64,000 nt of DNA. It comes from Eledone cirrhosa (Eukaryota). This document shows positions 1-10,021 of this stretch, piece by piece. A program made the translations under genes and the position numbers. The notes under the pieces are model-generated. The model was not told the origin of the DNA and did no database searches. It saw only the letters and a program-made list of their open reading frames with translations. The stretch's first letter is position 1. Each line of letters opens with the position of its first letter. The stretch is from assembly GCA_964016885.1 (NCBI GenBank), contig OZ024741.1:71362001-71426000 (forward strand), in the 5' to 3' direction.

Positions 1-252
1 TGGTCATTTGGTGGCACGACAAAAGTGCCCAGTCCACATTGTAAAGTGGTCGTTTTGGTGCCATGATAAAAAGCATGCAATATACACTGTAAATGTGGTT
101 GATGTTAGGAAGGGTATCCAGCCATAGAAACCAAGCCAGGAACAGTTCTGCATGAGCAAAACCAAGTGATCTGATCTGACATGTCTCACAAGAGATCAAC
201 TCATCTAACCCATGCTAGCATGGAAAAAGAATGTTAAACAGTGATGATGATC
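1..252 (+). mobile_element. RTE-type 3' tail / RTE-tailed SINE fragment
   Basis: Contains acactgtaaatgtggttgatgttaggaagggtatccagccatagaaac...ctaacccatgctagcatgga...(gat)n. The same 3'-terminal sequence ends the RTE LINE copies at 12372-13187 and 55071-56348. Confidence 0.8.
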
Positions 253-378
253 TTAGTTTATTTTGCGCTTTAAATAACAGTAAAACAACAGATTAATTAA
301 GTACCAATTTAATGTTATTTGTTTCAATGTTCAACCATATATATATATATATAGTGAGAGAGAGAGAGAGTGAGATCT

Positions 379-414
379 GTCCACATAGTTCAGTTGGTAG
401 AGCATCAAACTTTT
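379..414 (+). mobile_element. tRNA-Lys(TTT)-like 5' half, probably a truncated SINE head
   Basis: gtccacatagttcagttggtagagcatcaaactttt resembles the tRNA-Lys 5' half (A-box, D-arm, CTTTT anticodon loop start). It is cut off by the RTE fragment at 422. Confidence 0.55.
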
Positions 415-421
415 GCAGTAT

Positions 422-708
422 ATCATCATCATCATCATCATTTTACGTCCACTTTTCCCTGATTGCAAAGGTGGGACGGGTCCTATTCAGAACAGCATCT
501 CTCCACTTGTCACGGTCCTTCGTCATCTCCTCCGTGAGTTTCAGCGATCTGAGGTCTGCTCTCACCACCTCTGCCCATGTTTTTCGTGGTCTTCCTCTAC
601 TGCGTCTTCCTTCTACTGGGATTTCTTGGCACTTCTTTACCCAGCGGTCATCCTCCATGCGCATCACATGTCCATACCATCTCAGTCTTCTCTCTTGCAC
701 ACCACAAC
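422..708 (-). mobile_element. RTE LINE 3' fragment (family B)
   Basis: ORF 443-700 encodes RRLRWYGHVMRM...RGRPRKTW, an RTE C-terminus, followed by a (GAT)n tail. Near-identical relatives lie at 26395-26622 and 37250-37935. Confidence 0.85.
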
Positions 709-1324
709 TTATATATATGTGAATTTTTTTAAATTACAGATATATATAGATATACAAATACATGTGGCATATTATTAGGGTTAATCCATATGTTGGATCA
801 CACAATTGTTGAAGTATTATCATTGGTTTCATTTGAAGTTTAAAGACACACGTTTCTGTATTGTATAATTTTATTCTTTTCAGTTAATGACGATCGCCAT
901 AAAAGTTTTCATTTCAATGACAATATTTTCTATCAAGCTCTAACAGGTTTAATATCTATAACAATTTTCCTGGGAAATTAAGCTCAGTAAAAATACAATT
1001 TTACATCATCTTATGTGACAGCCTTTAGTCAGCACTAAATCAGTTTGTCAAAAGACGGAAAATTAGCAGAGTCGTTAAAATGGTGGATAGAAAACCTTGA
1101 AGTAATTGTTCCTGCTCTCTTGGATCTGAGTTGAAATTCCATTAAGATTAACTTTGCTTTCCATCTTTTCAAGGTTGATAAATAAAGTACCTATCCAGTG
1201 CTGGTGACGATTCTTGTCCTCTCTGAATATAATCGGCTGTGTCCAGGTCTAGTGAGGGATTAGTTCCACTAGGATAAAATGCCCAAAGTAAGGGCCCATG
1301 ATTTGCCATACGAATACAGTTTGG

Positions 1325-1544
1325 GGTAATTTAATATTTTACGTTCATAAACTAAACGATTCCCGAATGTCAATAAAAAATAAAAAAAACTTTATTAAAA
1401 TTAATACAAATTACCGCATTTTCAATTGTTATCAGTAATTTGTATTCATTTTAATAAAGTTTATTGTATTAATTTTAATAAAGTTTTTTTTTTTATTGAC
1501 ATTCGGGAATTGTTTAGTTTACGAACGTAAAATAGTAAATTACC
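1325..1544. mobile_element. Foldback MITE with 8-bp TSD (Merlin-like)
   Basis: Arms of about 85 bp (ggtaatttaatattttacgttc... / ...gaacgtaaaatagtaaattacc) are flanked by an exact CAGTTTGG duplication at 1317-1324 and 1545-1552. The termini are GGTAA...TTACC. Confidence 0.8.
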
Positions 1545-1799
1545 CAGTTTGGCACTTCATCAAAGTTTTGGAACATTTAGTTTTTCACAAAAGGAATTCT
1601 ACTTTTTAGTTTTGATAGGGCTTGACACCCACCTACACAATCACACAATAAAATACACTCAGAATAAAATACAATTTTTGAGTGCCAAATGTTTAAAATG
1701 AAGAAGGCTCTAAAACAGAGAACAATTCAACCAAACATCATTGTTCAGATTGGTGTACGATTTAGGATTCAATGGCCGAGAATTCGTCATTATTACTAC

Positions 1800-2008
1800 G
1801 GTGGATTTGCAGTATCGGTAGAGGGTCGAACGTCATGCTTTGCAGCATAGAGTTACGGCCCTTTATGATCTGAGTTCAGATCCCGCCGAGGTTAACTTTG
1901 CCTTTCATCCTTACGGGGTCGATAAAATAAAGTACGTCACGCACTGGGGTCGATTTAATCGACTTTCCCTTCCCCCAAAATTGATGGCCTTGTGCCTATA
2001 TAAGAAAC
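1800..2008 (+). mobile_element. tRNA-derived SINE, family A
   Basis: A-box-like gcagtatcggtagag, B-box gagttcagatccc, core gttaactttgcctttcatccttacggggtcgataaaataaagtac, tail ggccttgtgcc. More than 12 copies occur in the window. Confidence 0.85.
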
Positions 2009-2641
2009 TGTAGTGACCTACATTCCACGGGCTCACATACATCCTCTGTGTGTGATTTGGCTCAGCTCAGCCAATCAACACCAGTAGAAGAGAATGTATC
2101 CCTACGCGCCCTGAGGGAAAAATTCCCGCGTGAATTTGAGAAATCGCCCTCTTGCATCCTGACTACGAAAAGGTAAACAACTAACTTTCTTTCGTCGTGA
2201 AATCACTAGCCAATATGTAACACAACTTAACCACGGCCTGGTAACACTTCAGCCAGTGGACCGTGCCTTCTGGAATTCTTAATTCGTTTGTTTTATCTCT
2301 CTTGGCATGCCAGCTCTACTCACCTCAACCTTATTAATAAATAATGTAAAACAAGCCAAAAGTCGTTGTCGATATTCCTAATATCTTACTACCAAACTGT
2401 TACCACAGCAATGCCTTTAAATGTGATATGGAAGGATTCCTTCCATAGCTATTATCACAGCAGCAACAGAACCAGAGACTTACAACCTAACCTCAATTAT
2501 TCGTGGTGATGCATCAACTCTTGAAACCATCCTGTTAAAACTGGTGACCTTCGACGCGGGAGTATTTAGGCATGAAATGCTCCTTTACAATATATATATA
2601 CATCAACCCAGCATTCTGTTAAAAAACCATTATTATTACCA

Positions 2642-2838
2642 GGGCGGTGGATTGGCAGTATCGGTAGAGGGTCGGACGTCATGCTTTGATGCATAGAGTT
2701 ACGGCCCTTTCCATTCTGAGTTCAAATCCCGCCGAGGTTAACTTTGACTTTCATCATTACGGGGTCGATAAAATAAAATACCAGTAATGTACTGGGTAAT
2801 TGCTGGCCTTGTGCCAAAAGTAGAAACAATTATTATTA
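2642..2838 (+). mobile_element. tRNA-derived SINE, family A
   Basis: gggcggtggattggcagtatcggtagag...gagttcaaatccc...ggggtcgataaaataaa...ggccttgtgccaaaagtagaaac(aatt)n. Confidence 0.85.
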
Positions 2839-2939
2839 CCAGAGCTCACATAGTGTGAAAATTGTAGCGAGGGATTTCATTGATGAGCAATGCTCAAGAT
2901 CTGGATATAAAGTCTGCTATAGATGCACCACTGATTTTA

Positions 2940-3190
2940 ACAATGAGTGTTCCAGTTGTTCGACCAACGGAACAGCCTGCTCGTGAAATTAACTTGTCAC
3001 ACAAATTCAGCGTGACAGTGTATGACAAGATTGGCCCAAGATAGGCTCACTTTATTCAACAGGCTTCCGAACAGTTTCCGTCAAGTCAATTCCGCTTACA
3101 AGGCGAGACTATGTTAAATGACACTTGACCAAGATGTCACGCAGTGGAATCGAACGTGGGGCCTAATGGTTACGAAGCGAAATTCTTTAC
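2940..3190 (-). mobile_element. Degenerate SINE fragments (family B and a related family)
   Basis: ggaacagcctgctcgtgaaattaac is the reverse complement of the family-B body seen at 3650-3672 and 9010-9035. A tRNA-like B-box remnant lies near 3145-3160. Confidence 0.55.
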
Positions 3191-3419
3191 AATTTAATCC
3201 ACTCTGCTATAGATGCTCAACAAAAAAAATTTACAAGACTGTATGTAACATCCGAAAGGGTAGATTTATGTTGGGAATTAAAGTCATTTGTAGAAAAAAA
3301 GGGGGTATGTGACTTACTTGATTTTTACGATTTGTTGGGGAAGATTTGGCAACAATTTCTTACATGAAGGAACAACCATGATGGTTATTGTAACAGAGAC
3401 GTGAAGTCCTTTCTTTTAA

Positions 3420-3960
3420 GATCACAGACAACTTCCGGTATTCCCGGCTGTGAAAATGACATTTTTATAAACATAATCGTAGTCTACACACATTTGAAAA
3501 TGTATTTCTGCAAAATATGAGGAAACAAACCCAACTGGCAAAAAATTAGCTGTATTTGTAGTTCAATAGCCTAGACTTCTGTCACGTTGAATCTCCCTGA
3601 GAAGTACGTTATGGGTTTACGTGCCTGTGGAATGCTCAGCCACTTGCACGTTAATTTCACGAGAAGGCTGTTGTTGACATCTGGCTTCGTTTCTTTCATT
3701 ACTTTCTTAATGATGCATATTTTGCAGATATACATCTTTGAAGATATAGACAATGATTATGTTTTGTTTTTTGTTTTTTACTCATGGAAATTGCCATGTG
3801 TTTCTATGAACTTAAAATGAAAGACTACCCTTTTTCCTCTTCTTTTTTAAAACAATATATCCGTAAAATGCTAAGATTCCTCTCGATGGGAAATGATAAA
3901 GTATCACTTGAAGTTGACGAAGTTGACGTCATGTCACGTAACTTCCGTTAAAACTTCTTC
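3420..3960. promoter_or_regulatory. Candidate (possibly bidirectional) promoter upstream of the DCST2-like gene
   Basis: CpG density is locally raised. There is a perfect CRE TGACGTCA at 3924-3931 next to a tcacgtaa half-site, plus ETS-like acttccgg (about 3431) and acttccgt (about 3941). This is motif-level evidence only. Confidence 0.35.
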
Positions 3961-4416
3961 TTCGTTCAAGCGTTGCCCAAAACAATAATTTGCCTCAATA
4001 GTTCGATTTGTCTCATTTAATCAATTGTTTTAAAATTCAAAATCACTTAGCCATACGTGTCTGTACAAATTGTAGAACTGTTCTGTTCTTTCGATTCCTT
4101 TCAAAGCTGTGCTTGCATAAAACTCAACAGGAATACAATCTAACAGAAATCGAGTGTCTAAAATATTGGGGTAAATCGAAAACAAAAATAAGCATGCCAA
4201 CATGATGATAAGAAGAATACCGTAAAAATGTTTCAATTCTTCCGGTGGATTTGCCATTAAATGCGTTAATAAAGAAAAGAAAAAAGAATGATGATTCAAT
4301 TCACATTTCAAAAAGCTTCGCAATTTCTTGAATAACATGGAGGAATTCAGGCTGTGTGGAACGATCTGCATGTTACTGTCGATTAAAATCAATATCTGAT
4401 TAGTCTTGGGATTATC

Positions 4417-6693
4417 ATGTTTGTGCAAAAAACGCTGAGAGCCATTCGGCTAAAAAATTCATTACGTCATCTTGCCAAAGCTAAGAGAAGAGCTGTGAAT
4501 ATATATGAAAAATCGTTGCAGCATAGATATGTCAGTAAAGAGAAGACTTTAACAGGCAATGCCTACTGTAAAAAGTTCTGCGTGTTATCATTATGGTTCC
4601 TGTTTGGTTCTTTTGTGAACCTCTTTCTGTATTTGGTGTTGATATATCATGTTGAAACAACCATATGGACAGCATTTTTAATTTGTTTTACTGCTGGCTT
4701 TATACTTTGTTTGGTTTTACCCTACTCTGTGGCAGTTCGCTGTACAATCCTTCTAGCTGCTCCGGGATTTTTTTCAAGCAAAGGTCGATCTTTTTTAATT
4801 CTCTATGCTTTCATGCTAACTTTGAATCAACCGGTATCTAATTTTAGCAACAATATCGTCGTTATGACAGAAGCGATGACATGTGGTCAAGAAGTTGCCT
4901 ACAATCAAACGGAGAGGCTCATAGCAATTGCTTTGAATCCTTTGTCCGGTATTATCAGTGGAGTTGAAGCTTTTGTAAATACAGTGAATCACTATAGCCG
5001 TATGGCGCAGCAAGCATTTCTATCGATGAAGAAAGGAATCGAAGAACTATCTGCATCGATAAATCGTCTATTTTCTTGGTTTAAAAACATGGTGAATGTT
5101 TGCAATGAAAAAATGCTCGATCCCTATAGGAAATGCATGAGGTCTTTTCATTCGGCTAGTAATAGTTGTGTTCGGACAGTGCTACCAGAATTTGTTAAAT
5201 TGTGCAATATTGTGACCTTTTTCAACAATCTATGTAGCTTAGCAAGAATCACCGAAATGTTATGTTCTCTGACAGACGTACTCAAGAAGCTTCTGGTGGA
5301 AACATTTGCAGCTCCAGTTGGTAACGCAATTCAGAGTTTGTATGATATGTTCTACTTTAAAATAAAAATCGATTATGAATACCATGTCACTATGGAACAG
5401 ACGAAAAGTTACAGCCAAGTGAAAAAGGCAGTGCTACAAGAAGTAAAAGAAAAACTGACCACATATTTTACAAAATTAGAATTCATCAAATTTGTCACTG
5501 ACCTAATGCTAATTTGTGTGTTTGTAAAGGCCGCTCGATACCGACTGAAATATCTCAGTAGAGATAAGTTTGATAATTTTTACGTTTCGAAAAATTTAAT
5601 TGAAATCGACCACCTGAAAGCGATGCAATCAAAGGAAACACTTCTTCCATTGAAGAAATCTGAGAAACAGAAATACATTAGTTCAGCTTCCTTAAGGCTA
5701 ACTCTTCCAGAAAAACGAAAATTCTGTAAAGGTTTTGTTTTTTTTTTAATCACTTCCGCCACCATATTGTTTCACCTGTTTTGTGATTATGGCCTTTTCT
5801 GGATACTGGAACTGGTCCGCAAGAGTTTCTCAGTGAAAATTGATGTCGAAGTACTGCCACATGTCCAGGTACAAGTTAACGGCAAAGGACCATATGCAGA
5901 CATGTATAAATCTTTGATATCAGTATTTGATCCACTGGCAACGAATGATGTGAAGAATCTTACCCTTTGTCTCCCTAATCCAACTGAACCTAATTATGAG
6001 GTATATAGAACAATAGGGATCATTATGGGCTTGTGCCTTATATCAGTGGTTTTCGAAGGCTATGGGCGTCGACTACGCCATATTGTCTGTGATGAATTTT
6101 ATCCAGCTCGTGCCAGAGAAAGAGCAGTATGGCTCTACACTAATCTATTGATACAACGAGGTAGCCTGGAAAAGTTTTTACGCCGGAAAATGCGTCATGA
6201 TTATCGAAGTTCTCTTGATGCCAAAAGCATCAGCTGGAAAGGTAAATTGGCAGCAAAATGCCCTCCAATTAGGCGATTACTTGAAATATTCGGATTTGAA
6301 ATCAAGTATTGTTTAGGATGTTGTGCAGATGGCAAAATTAGTGACACGGTGAACTTCAAACATTGTGAGAATGCAGGGTGTAAAGCTGTATATTGTCTAG
6401 ACTGTTACTATGATATTCACAACACTTGTACAGTGTGTATGAAACCAATTGATTACTCTGACTTATCAGATGTGAGCGATGAAAGAGACTCCAGCGATTG
6501 TGATGTAGAAAATGTGCTCTACAGTGAAGAAAACAAGAAAAAATTGCATACAAATTACAAAATTGAACGAGAAAAGATGAAAAAAGAAAGGTTTATTCAG
6601 CAACAACATGCTGAAGATCTTCTGCAATTTGCTTATGCTACGGTGGAAATGGAATACAAGCCATTTAAAAGTGTAGACAATATGTATAGATGA
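4417..6693 (+). CDS. DCST2: DC-STAMP domain-containing protein 2-like (SPE-42/DCST2 family sperm-egg fusion factor), single exon, 758 aa
   Basis: N-terminal TM segments; VRCTILLAAPGFFSSKGRSFL; EAMTCGQEVAYNQT; Cys-rich ectodomain (VCNEKMLDPYRKCMRSF); DC-STAMP domain (RDKFDNFY...CLPNPTEP...FYPARARERAVWLY); C-terminal C4C4 RING-like motif CLGC..CENAGCKAVYCLDC..CTVC. From memory the motifs fit DCST2 better than DCST1. Confidence 0.88.
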   Translation: MFVQKTLRAIRLKNSLRHLAKAKRRAVNIYEKSLQHRYVSKEKTLTGNAYCKKFCVLSLWFLFGSFVNLFLYLVLIYHVETTIWTAFLICFTAGFILCLVLPYSVAVRCTILLAAPGFFSSKGRSFLILYAFMLTLNQPVSNFSNNIVVMTEAMTCGQEVAYNQTERLIAIALNPLSGIISGVEAFVNTVNHYSRMAQQAFLSMKKGIEELSASINRLFSWFKNMVNVCNEKMLDPYRKCMRSFHSASNSCVRTVLPEFVKLCNIVTFFNNLCSLARITEMLCSLTDVLKKLLVETFAAPVGNAIQSLYDMFYFKIKIDYEYHVTMEQTKSYSQVKKAVLQEVKEKLTTYFTKLEFIKFVTDLMLICVFVKAARYRLKYLSRDKFDNFYVSKNLIEIDHLKAMQSKETLLPLKKSEKQKYISSASLRLTLPEKRKFCKGFVFFLITSATILFHLFCDYGLFWILELVRKSFSVKIDVEVLPHVQVQVNGKGPYADMYKSLISVFDPLATNDVKNLTLCLPNPTEPNYEVYRTIGIIMGLCLISVVFEGYGRRLRHIVCDEFYPARARERAVWLYTNLLIQRGSLEKFLRRKMRHDYRSSLDAKSISWKGKLAAKCPPIRRLLEIFGFEIKYCLGCCADGKISDTVNFKHCENAGCKAVYCLDCYYDIHNTCTVCMKPIDYSDLSDVSDERDSSDCDVENVLYSEENKKKLHTNYKIEREKMKKERFIQQQHAEDLLQFAYATVEMEYKPFKSVDNMYR

Positions 6694-8513
6694 GACAAAC
6701 ACAGCTAAACTAGATACAGTAGTTGGAAATAATATAACTTTATTTATTTTTGAGGTTTTTTGAGACATGATGATAAAAAAGATATATTCATTAGTGAAGG
6801 ATTGATTTGAACTTGTGCAAATATATAATATATATCTGAATTACAGTCATTGAGTGGAATACAAAGTGAGTCATTAAAGGGAAAAAATCATTAAAAAAAG
6901 AAAAAGAAAAAGGTCTGCAAAGGTATATTATTGAGGTATCTAATATTATTTCAGAAAAACTGAAATATATTGTAAGAACTGAAATTTCATTTATTGTATT
7001 GTGTATCATTTGACAGTAATGTATCATTAGCGATATTATTCTATATTAGAAAACAGAAGCTTTTCACTATTGTTGTTATATTACACAGCTTCAAGAACAA
7101 AAATACAACCTAGAAGTCAATAAATTAACTCTCAATCTAAAAATGAAATGGCTTCTGCCATTTTTAGTTACTAATTAGTTATTGTTTTACTGTATTTATT
7201 TATATGTTGGAACTATTAATTATCTTTTTTTAATTTCTCATAAATTAATCTGCATATTGAACCAGAAAGACCATTGTCTAGTAGAGGTCTCAGTATATGG
7301 AATATTCTGATAAGAATTTATGTCTTTTCCTTTTTTCCATACTTCTATGAGATCATGAGAAATATGTGAACTCCTGCCACCAATTTGAGAATAAATGTTG
7401 ATTGGTTAACATTCCTTGTTTGTTCAATAAACATTTTCCACAATCTTCTTGTAGATAAGAAGACCTATGATGAAAGACATTCAAGCACTGACCATCCCTT
7501 CTAAAGGTTTTCCAGAATATTATTGTAGAGGTTGTTTAGCTCCAGGTCAACCTTTATGACCAACAGCATTCCAACTCTGATCATCTTATCTTTTTGTAGT
7601 ATGTATATCAAAGATTGTATTGTTCAATGTATTTGTCTTTATTTTAGATCACAAAGTGTCATTTGAGCTATATTTGACTGCTATTTCTAGTAGGTCAAGT
7701 AACATGCTAGAAATAATGAGATTATCAAGGCTGCAACACCTTTGATCTTATGTCTGCTGGATCATCACTTCTTAGGTCTGTGGTTTTTGTTTTCAAATCT
7801 TAAAAAAAAAACTATTAGCTAAATTCTATTGTGTACCTGTGCTATAGGCTTGTGGTAAGCTGTGAACCTGTGTGGTATAAGGTGGTAGTAAGTTATGTGC
7901 CTGTGTGGTATTATAAGGTGGTGGTAAGTCAACCAAAGTCTTGTGAATGAAATTTGGTAGACAGAAGTTTGCACAAACCCATAGGATGGACTGAGCCTGT
8001 TATTGTGTAATACACTTAATCTGTCAACTAGTTTAACCCCACCACCTTGCTCTTGAGTAACAGTAACCCTTTCGATACCTACCCACCTGAAACTACCCTT
8101 GGTTCTACGATACAAATCTGTTTATTTTAAAGTATTTATATTTATTTAAAATCCTTTCATCATCATCATCATATATTTCAAACACCAACTTAATAATTCT
8201 TACTAACATTGGCTCAAGGCCAACAATTTAGGAGAAAAAGAAAGTTAATCATATTGATCTCATTACTTGACTGGTACTTTATTTCATTGACCCTGGAAAG
8301 ATGAAAGATAAAGCAGGCCTCAATGGAATTTAAACTCAAAACTAAGCACTGTAAAGTATTTTGACCAATTCTCTACTGATACTGTCAATCCACCACCTCT
8401 TAATGAGAAAGCTAGTTATGTTACTAAATCTTTCCAAATTCTTGATTATTTTCAAAATTATTTGAAAATTATGAGCAGTGTCTTTCATTAGAAATATGGT
8501 AATTGTAGGGATA

Positions 8514-8759
8514 ACCCTTTATTAGTATATTTATGGTGAGATATACTGTCCATGGTTTCAAATAAATGTGGAAAGTAAATAATTTTGGAGGGATTTAGTA
8601 AATGTTAGTAAGGTCTTGTTTGGAATATATCTTATCAAAATATTCTGAGATAAAATTTATGATGCCCAGTTTTAGTGTAAATATGAGCATTTTAAAATGG
8701 GAAGTTTTATAAAATAGAACCAAGGTCGGTTTGGGGTGTGTTGGTATTTAAAGGGTTAA
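8514..8759 (+). mobile_element. piggyBac-like MITE, family P
   Basis: Starts (a)taacccttt and ends aaagggttaa. The AT-rich body (ggatttagtaa...aaattatgatggaag...gaaccagg) is shared with copies at about 25.1, 41.8, 43.6, 54.9, 56.7, 60.55 and 63.8 kb. Confidence 0.6.
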
Positions 8760-8771
8760 TCAAATCTGTGA

Positions 8772-9070
8772 AGGTATGTGGCGTACTGGTTAAGTTGATG
8801 GGCTCACAATTGTAAGGTCATAAGTTCAATTCCTGAACTGGACAGTGCTTTATCCTTGAGCAAGACATTATTTCACATTGCTTCAGTCCACTCAGCTGGT
8901 AAAAATAAGTTCTACTTATAATTCAAGGAGCTAGCCTTGTCACACATTTTGTCTTGTTGAATCTTAAGAACTATGTTAAAAGTGTCTATGGAATGCTCAA
9001 CCACTGACTCATTAATTTCATGAGCAGGCAGTTCCATTGATTGAATCAATTGGAGCACTAGTCATGGGAA
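8772..9070 (+). mobile_element. tRNA-derived SINE, family B (CORE-like body)
   Basis: tRNA-like head (gtggcgtactggttaag...agttcaattcc), then tccttgagcaagacat...cagtccactcagctgg. Other copies lie at 3573-3675 (+) and 34890-35090 (-). Confidence 0.7.
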
Positions 9071-9400
9071 ATGAGAGAGGTGCAACAATAAAATGCAGTC
9101 TGTTACAATCATCAAAGCCATGTATCTCTTCCTCCAACCAGTCTATGAGATCCTAAAAAGGACCATGGGCACTACTCTTTCTTCCTTTGATTAAGCTACA
9201 CATAAAAATATAAATTTACAAAATATTTTGTTACAATATGTTCTGATAAATCTCTATGGCCAATAATTCTGTTGAGACTGTAAAATAGTAATTTTCTAGA
9301 AGGTGGTTTATTACTTACCTACAGAATTAGCAGTTACGGTCACTGAAAAATACAACATAAAATGAAATTTGAAAATATAGTCACCACAAAGCAGATAACT

Positions 9401-9815
9401 ATAATAATTGTTTCTACTTTTGGCACAAGGCCAGCAATTACCCCAAGTGCATTTCTGGTGCTTTATTTTATCGACCCCATAAGGATGAAAGGCAAAGTTA
9501 ACCTCGGCAGAATTTGAACTCAGAATGTAAAGGGCCATAACTCTATTCTCCAAAGCATGGCGTCCGACCCTCTACCGATACTGCCAACCCACTGCCTTAT
9601 AACAACTATAATCCACTGTAGATAACTATAATAATTATTTCTACATTTGGCACAAGGTCAGAATTACCCCAGCGCATTACTGATGCTTTATTTTATCGAC
9701 CCTGTAAGGATGAAAGGCAAAGTTAACCTCGGTGAGATTTGAACTCAGGCCGTGAAGGGGCGTAACTCTATGCTGCAAAGCATGGCGTCCGATCTTCTAC
9801 TGATACTGCCAATCC
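9401..9815 (-). mobile_element. Two tandem family-A SINEs (9401-9597, 9630-9815)
   Basis: Each copy reads tttctac..ggcacaaggcc...ttttatcgacccc...aaggatgaaaggcaaagttaacctcgg...gaactcag...gatactgccaa. Confidence 0.85.
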
Positions 9816-9880
9816 CCCCCCCCCCCCCTATAACTATAATAATAGCTGATAACTATAAATAATTGCTGAATAAATCAGGT

Positions 9881-9952
9881 CTTCTTCTTATCGTGTCCAC
9901 ACTTATAACTGTTGCTTGTAGCCATGGATGCGGACGCTCCTATCTTGACCCT
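9881..9952 (-). mobile_element. 72-bp retroposed 3' stub with 12-bp TSD
   Basis: AATAAATCAGGT is duplicated at 9869-9880 and 9953-9964. The insert ends in (GAA)n on the minus strand. Confidence 0.7.
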
Positions 9953-10021
9953 AATAAATCAGGTAGAGTACTTTATTCCTGTCAATGAGTATTTTACCTG
10001 ATTTCAACAATTATCTAGAGT

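Noticed and set aside
934-970. Possible second minus-strand exon (cccag|GAAAATT..., KIVIDIKPVRA*) in frame with the candidate exon at 3318-3379
   Set aside because: It would give an unrecognisable 32-aa peptide, and phase compatibility is expected by chance one time in three.
4030-4428. 132-aa minus-strand ORF overlapping the DCST2 start (possible DCST1 partner)
   Set aside because: No TM, DC-STAMP or Cys motifs and no recognisable similarity; consistent with a chance ORF in AT-rich DNA.
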